32,000 bases of DNA from the NCBI RefSeq assembly GCF_000020225.1, contig NC_010655.1:1410001-1442000 (forward strand). Reading direction: 5' to 3'. Below are positions 27,832 to 32,000 of the stretch, one piece after another. The DNA comes from Akkermansia muciniphila ATCC BAA-835. GTDB taxonomy: Bacteria > Verrucomicrobiota > Verrucomicrobiia > Verrucomicrobiales > Akkermansiaceae. The position numbers were made by a program, and so were the translations under genes. Position 1 is the first letter of the stretch. Every line of letters starts with the position of its first letter. A model generated the notes under the pieces. The model made no database searches. It saw only the letters and a list, made by a program, of their open reading frames with translations, and had not been told where the DNA came from.

Positions 27832-28163
27832 GATGTTGATGCCTTTCTATTGAATAGTGTGAAGTATTGCTGAAAGCCCCGTACCGGGCAGATTGGCACC
27901 ACTTTAGCATAAACGCCGCAAAGCCGAAGAAGGAAATGCGGCAACGGAGGAAAGTATGTTCCTTCCGCTTCGCGGTTTTGGTTCCCGTGCGGAGCCGGTA
28001 AGGCCTGTTTCCGGCAAAAGAGCCTTTCCGGAGGGGGGACGGAAGGGAGGGCGCGTTTCTTCGGGTGCATCCGGCGGCAATTCATCTGCCGTCCCGTTCC
28101 GACAAAGGGTGTGGACGGGTTGGGCGTGATGCAGGCGGGAAAACTGTCTGCTAGACGGGACCC

Positions 28164-28448
28164 ATGATGAATTTTTCCATAGCCAGGTGTTTGTTTTCCA
28201 TAGGAGGATGCACGACAATCCTGGGCAATATTTCCGCAGACACGGCCGTGTCTTCCGCCGGAGCCATCGGAGGCCTGGGCGTTCTGACGATTGCCGTGAA
28301 TTACACGCTGAATCTGCTCAAAAAGAAGGATGAGCAGTTGATGGCGAAGGATGCCCGCATTGAAGCCCTGATGGACCGCCTGATTGACAAATGCCCGAAT
28401 TGCGAGCTGGCGAAAGCAGCCAACAAGTCCCTGCTGGATGATGAATGA
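28164..28448 (+). CDS. small hypothetical membrane / coiled-coil protein with C-terminal CPNC motif
   Basis: 94 aa. The N-terminus is hydrophobic and lipobox-like (FSIGGC), followed by a TM-like segment (AIGGLGVLTIAV) and a charged helix (KKKDEQLMAKDARIEALMDRLIDKCPNCE). Third-position GC bias looks coding. I recognise no family. Confidence 0.45.
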   Translation: MMNFSIARCLFSIGGCTTILGNISADTAVSSAGAIGGLGVLTIAVNYTLNLLKKKDEQLMAKDARIEALMDRLIDKCPNCELAKAANKSLLDDE

Positions 28449-28463
28449 CGGCAGGCGGGGAGA

Positions 28464-28829
28464 CTATCTCCCGTCAGCGTCCGTCATGCGGGTGTAAATC
28501 TCCCGGGTTCCGTCCGTGTTCAGAATCAGCGTGTTTCTGCTGAGACTGTCAATGGTGGAGGTAGCGGTGAAGAGGGAGGAGTTGCCGTTTCCCATGCTTT
28601 TCCCCGTCAGGATCAGGCGGCTGCCGTCCAGCTGCCAACCTTGGTAGAGAAGCGTGTGCATGTTGATGGAAACGGCCCTGCCGTCCGGCAGGAGCTGCAT
28701 TCCCTGCACATGCCCGGGCTGCCCGGGGACGGGCTGGATCCAGGAGCCGGAGAGGCGGGCGGGAGTGGGCTGCATGGAGCAGGATGCCGCCAGCAGGAAC
28801 AGGGCCGGGAGAAAGAGGGAAAATTTCAC
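28464..28829 (-). CDS. lipoprotein with lipocalin-like/beta-barrel-like domain
   Basis: The lipobox LLAASC follows a hydrophobic signal (KFSLFLPALFLLAASC). The only plausible start is GTG 28829, 10 nt after the argB stop. The rest of the track ORF (to 28946) overlaps argB. The body (GSWIQPV...LILTGKS...LILNTDG) resembles small periplasmic beta-rich domains. Confidence 0.55.
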   Translation of the reverse strand: MKFSLFLPALFLLAASCSMQPTPARLSGSWIQPVPGQPGHVQGMQLLPDGRAVSINMHTLLYQGWQLDGSRLILTGKSMGNGNSSLFTATSTIDSLSRNTLILNTDGTREIYTRMTDADGR

Positions 28830-28839
28830 GGCGGGGGAG

Positions 28840-29733
28840 TCAGCGTTGTTCCCGGATGATTTCCGTGCCGATGCCGTCCGGAGTGAAAATTTCCAGCAGC
28901 AGGGTGTGGGGAAGGCGTCCGTCAATGAAGTGCACTTTGCGCACACCTGCGTTCAGGGCGTCAATGGCGGAGTGGATTTTAGGTATCATGCCGCCGGATA
29001 CGGTGCCGTCCTTGATAAGGTCGAGGGCTTCCGTACGCGTGACGGATTTGATGAGGGTGGAGGGATCCGAAGGGTCTTTCATAATTCCGGGGACATCGGA
29101 AATATAGATGAGTTTCACCGGCTTGAGTTCCTTGGCAAGGGCGGCGGCTGCCAAGTCTGCGTTCACATTGAGCGGTTTATGGGTGCCCAGTTCTTTTGCC
29201 AGCGGAGAGACGATGGGGGTGATCTGGAGTTCCAGCGCTTCCGTGATGCGCTCCGTCAGGCAACCGATGACGTTGCCCACTTCACCGATATCTATGGGGT
29301 TACCCTGTTCATCTTTTTCATGGATGCGTTCCCCAACGAAGATTTCCGTGCCGGGAATGCCTACGCCCTTGCCGCCGTAGTCGCGGAACATTTGAACCAG
29401 ACCAGGATTGATGGTTCCGGAAAGGGTGCGTTCCACAATGGAAATGGCTTCCGGAGTCGTGACGCGAAGCCCGTTGACGAAACGGGCTTCCAGCCCTGCC
29501 TCCGCCATCGCCTTGGAAATGGCTTTGCCCCCGCCGTGGACAATCACGGGGTTGAAGCCCAGGACTTCCAGCAGAACGATGTCCCGCATGAGCTTTTTGA
29601 CCAGGCGGGCGTCATCCATGGCGCTGCCGCCGAATTTGATGAGGAATGTTTTGTCCCGGTAGGCCTGGAGGTAGGGGAGGGCGCCGACAATGACGGAGGC
29701 CTGTTCAATCAGGCGGGTGATTTTGGAGTCCAT
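28840..29733 (-). CDS. argB: acetylglutamate kinase
   Basis: 297 aa with AAK-family ArgB motifs (FLIKFGGSAM, VIVHGGG, GLRVTT, NVNADLAAAALA, GGMIPKI). Confidence 0.93.
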   Translation of the reverse strand: MDSKITRLIEQASVIVGALPYLQAYRDKTFLIKFGGSAMDDARLVKKLMRDIVLLEVLGFNPVIVHGGGKAISKAMAEAGLEARFVNGLRVTTPEAISIVERTLSGTINPGLVQMFRDYGGKGVGIPGTEIFVGERIHEKDEQGNPIDIGEVGNVIGCLTERITEALELQITPIVSPLAKELGTHKPLNVNADLAAAALAKELKPVKLIYISDVPGIMKDPSDPSTLIKSVTRTEALDLIKDGTVSGGMIPKIHSAIDALNAGVRKVHFIDGRLPHTLLLEIFTPDGIGTEIIREQR

Positions 29734-29795
29734 GTCAGTAATGAAACGGTAGGAGTTTTAACGGAAGGAGAGGGAGATTTTGAGGCAGGACCCGT

Positions 29796-30788
29796 TCAAA
29801 GCAGGCGCCTGCTTCTGAAGTAAACCAGGGGCAGGATGATGGAAACGAGCATGACTACCAGGGAGATGTAGTAGCCGTATTCGTTTTCCAGGCCGGGCAT
29901 GTGGGCGAAGTTCATCCCGTAAATGCTGGCAATTAACGTGGGGGGCATGAAGACCACGGCCGCCACGGTGAAGATTTTAACGATTTCGTTCTGTTCGATG
30001 TTGATGAGTCCCAGAACGGCGTCCAGCATGAAGTTGACGTTGCTGGAAAGGAAGTTGGCGTATTCGGAAAGGGAAGTGACGTCCCGGCTTAGAGGACGCA
30101 GCTTGATGTACAGCGTGGAGTTGGTGTCGTCCAGGGCCTCTTCGTTGCTGGCGTACGTGAGCAGGCGCAGAAGGTTGACCAGGCAGTCCCGCTGGCGGGT
30201 GAGCAGGTCGCCCACGCGGCCCAGGTCCTGGAGCGTCAGGCGCAGGGCGCTGGAGACGGGCACCCGCTTGCTGGTCTTGCCTTCAGGTTCGTCCCTGCGG
30301 AAGATGTTTTTGGAAAGGCGGTCCAGTTCCGCGCCGAAACGTTCCAGCACGTCCGCCTGGCGGTCCACGATGGTTTCCAGCAGGCCGGTGAAAACCTGGT
30401 CCCGGCTGATTTGCTTCTGGCGCAGGAGCTGGTGGGAAAAAACGCGGAAGGAATAGGAGTCCGAATGGCGGATGGTGATGATTTTCGCCCCCATGAGGAC
30501 GAAGGTGATTTCCGACAGGGAGGGGGATTCCGTATCCACGCGGCTGAGAACCGTGGTGGTCATGAAGCGCGCTCCGTCCTCCGTGTACAGACGGCTGGTG
30601 GCCTCAATCTCCCGCATTTCGTCATAGGTCGGCATTTCCAGCCCGCAGAGGCGTTCCACAAACTTGATTTCCGCCGGTTCCGGGGTAAGGAGGTCAATCC
30701 AGAAGACGGAATCCAAGTGTTGTTCCGCCGCATCCACCTGGGTGGTGCGCTCAATGCCTTCCGGGGTTTGACGATAGAGCCGGATCAT
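29796..30788 (-). CDS. corA: magnesium/cobalt transporter CorA
   Basis: 330 aa from ATG 30788 (MIRLYRQ...). The signature YGMNF (ASIYGMNFAHMPG) sits between two C-terminal TM helices. The track ORF extension to 31064 overlaps rplI and is rejected. Confidence 0.9.
   Translation of the reverse strand: MIRLYRQTPEGIERTTQVDAAEQHLDSVFWIDLLTPEPAEIKFVERLCGLEMPTYDEMREIEATSRLYTEDGARFMTTTVLSRVDTESPSLSEITFVLMGAKIITIRHSDSYSFRVFSHQLLRQKQISRDQVFTGLLETIVDRQADVLERFGAELDRLSKNIFRRDEPEGKTSKRVPVSSALRLTLQDLGRVGDLLTRQRDCLVNLLRLLTYASNEEALDDTNSTLYIKLRPLSRDVTSLSEYANFLSSNVNFMLDAVLGLINIEQNEIVKIFTVAAVVFMPPTLIASIYGMNFAHMPGLENEYGYYISLVVMLVSIILPLVYFRSRRLL
29799..29814. repeat. copy 2 of the motif, here a perfect 16-nt palindrome AAGCAGGCGCCTGCTT, just inside the corA 3' end next to its stop (29796-29798) and 66-81 nt upstream of the argB ATG
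   Basis: Read directly from the sequence. It lies within the last codons of corA (minus strand) and upstream of argB, which starts at 29733 on the minus strand. Confidence 0.7.
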
Positions 30789-30893
30789 GCCGTTGATTTC
30801 GGTGGGGGGATGGAACGATGCCGTGCATGAGGTTGAGTGACACCCAACGCAGGCATGATGCCTTGTTTGTTCAGGGAAGGGAAGTAAAAAGGG

Positions 30894-30934
30894 TGACAAA
30901 AAGAGGCCCGGTCCCCAAGGTGGGAACCGGGCCT
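30894..30934 (-). terminator. rho-independent terminator after rplI
   Basis: On the minus strand, aggcccggttcccaccttggggaccgggcct (8-bp outer GC stem) is followed by ctttttgtc. Confidence 0.6.
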
Positions 30935-30957
30935 GCCGGAAAAGGGATGCGCGCCTC

Positions 30958-31413
30958 TTAGGCGTTTTCCTTGACGACCACCTTGAGCGTGGCTTCCACC
31001 TGGGGATGCACCTTGATGATGACTTCGTGTTCGCCTTCACTCTTGATCGGCTTTTCGAGTTCAATCGCCCGGCGGTCCACTTCCACGCCCTGAGCGGTCA
31101 GGGCATCGTGAATGTTCTGGTTGGTGATGGCGCCGAACGCCTTGCCGCCCTGGCCCACTTCAAGGGTGAGGTCTACGGTCAGTCCGCTGATCTTGGCGGC
31201 CACTTCCTGAGCGGCGCTGAGTTCTTCCGCTTCGCGCTTGGCGCGGGCGGCCTGAAGATTGGCGATGAAACGGCGGTTGGAGGCTGTTGCTTCGTGGGCC
31301 AGACCCTTGGGGATGAGGTAGTTGCGGCCATAGCCAGCCTTAACGGTCACCAGGTCGGCTTCTGCGCCGAGCCCTTCAATTTTTGTTGCGAGAATTACTT
31401 CCATCGTTGCCAT
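30958..31413 (-). CDS. rplI: 50S ribosomal protein L9
   Basis: 151 aa with the L9 N-terminal domain (MEVILATKIEGLGAEADLVTVKAGYGRNYLIPKGLA), a long central helix and a C-terminal domain. The start is ATG 31413 or 31404. Confidence 0.9.
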   Translation of the reverse strand: MATMEVILATKIEGLGAEADLVTVKAGYGRNYLIPKGLAHEATASNRRFIANLQAARAKREAEELSAAQEVAAKISGLTVDLTLEVGQGGKAFGAITNQNIHDALTAQGVEVDRRAIELEKPIKSEGEHEVIIKVHPQVEATLKVVVKENA

Positions 31414-31658
31414 GGCTAAAAAGAAATGGTTATTTGTGAGCGGTTGAAGTAGTAAGTATTCGCCCGAATGTCAAGACAAGAGCGATAAAAAGGGCGTTTT
31501 TTTATGTTTTGGGAGGAAAAATCCTCCCGGTTGTCATGATTGGTGACATTGCGCTTGCTTCACGCGGCAGTAGTATGTAGGGAAAGGAACCGCATTTATC
31601 GCGTTCTCTCCCGGAGGGGAGGGGGGCGCCCGCGGGTACATTACAGATATTTGATCTT

Positions 31659-32000
31659 ATGGCTATTCAGCGCGCATTGATATCCGTTTCCGACAAGACC
31701 GGCCTGGAGGAGTTTGCCAAGGGCCTGCACGAGTTTGGAGTAGAGCTTATTTCCACTGGCGGGACCGCCGCTTTCCTGAAAGGCCTGGGCCTTCCGGTGA
31801 TTGAGATTTCCGACTATACCGGAGAACCGGAGTTATTTGAAGGGCGCCTGAAGACGCTTCATCCCATGGTGCACGGGGGCCTGCTGCACCGCCGCGACAA
31901 TGAGGAGCATGTGCGCCAGGCTAAGGAAAACGGCATCAAGCCCATCGACCTGGTCTGCGTGAATCTGTATCCTTTTGAAGAAACCGTCGCCAGGCCCGGA
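31659..32000 (+). CDS. purH: bifunctional AICAR transformylase / IMP cyclohydrolase (5' partial, runs off the window)
   Basis: This ORF is not in the ORF track because there is no stop in the window. ATG 31659 opens [23 protein letters not shown]...GGTAAFL...[23 protein letters not shown]..., the canonical PurH MGS-like N-terminus. 114 codons are visible. Confidence 0.92.
   Translation, partial: MAIQRALISVSDKTGLEEFAKGLHEFGVELISTGGTAAFLKGLGLPVIEISDYTGEPELFEGRLKTLHPMVHGGLLHRRDNEEHVRQAKENGIKPIDLVCVNLYPFEETVARPG

Noticed and set aside
30789-30957. An M-box (Mg2+) riboswitch upstream of corA.
   Set aside because: Only about 105 nt remain between the rplI terminator and the corA ATG, too short for an M-box of about 160 nt. 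I saw none of its conserved segments.
31414-31658. A possible ZTP (pfl) or purine riboswitch upstream of purH. GGTGACATTGCG vaguely resembles CGTGACTGGCG, and GCGCCCGCGGGT resembles CCGCCTGGGC.
   Set aside because: The P2 hairpin (GGTGGGAAACCACC-type) and the exact CCGCCTGGGC pseudoknot element are absent. The resemblance is too weak, and the region also has to contain the rplI promoter. It is worth a cmscan but not a call.

Overview
This window is a gene-dense core-chromosome segment, roughly 55-58% GC by eye, and I call 32 protein-coding genes. The source looks like a Verrucomicrobia/PVC-type bacterium, probably Akkermansia-like. That guess is an inference from an LL-diaminopimelate aminotransferase (DapL), a Cys-type sulfatase, a GH27 glycosidase and a Bacteroidetes/PVC-style ParE N-terminus. 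Most genes are recognisable housekeeping genes. In order they are:
- an SPFH/band-7 protein, a YfcH-type epimerase, blc, ilvC, an orphan ABC ATPase, a FadR/GntR regulator and a zinc-ribbon membrane protein
- a sulfatase, ftsB-like, eno, dapL, apbE, a GH27 alpha-galactosidase and a 74-aa mini-ORF
- rpmB, a MECR/Etr1-like enoyl reductase, then a tightly packed minus-strand string parE-uppS-manC-ruvX
- ispE, an exported hypothetical, dinG and a cbiM/nikM(+PDGLE)-cbiQ-cbiO ECF metal importer
- a small membrane protein, argB plus a GTG-started lipoprotein, corA, rplI and the 5' end of purH

I found no rRNA, tRNA, CRISPR array, transposase or intact integrase. I cannot support a claim of a new multi-gene system here. 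The items most worth a second look are:
1. An exact 14-nt palindromic motif (GCAGGCGCCTGCTT) that occurs only twice, both times just upstream of amino-acid biosynthesis genes (ilvC and argB).
2. A perfect 13-bp hairpin and a small uORF abutting the ilvC ribosome-binding site.
3. A 416-nt structured leader upstream of dapL with partial L-box-like strings.
4. A 332-nt leader upstream of the ECF metal transporter in which I cannot place a B12 box.
5. An AT-richer zinc-ribbon membrane protein downstream of an orphan ABC ATPase and a FadR regulator.
6. A stand-alone integrase-arm-like mini-ORF with its own strong terminator in an AT-rich pocket next to rpmB.
7. Two unusually long intergenic regions with no gene call (15691-16145 and 17148-17489).

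The long antisense ORFs in the ORF track are treated as GC-driven artefacts.
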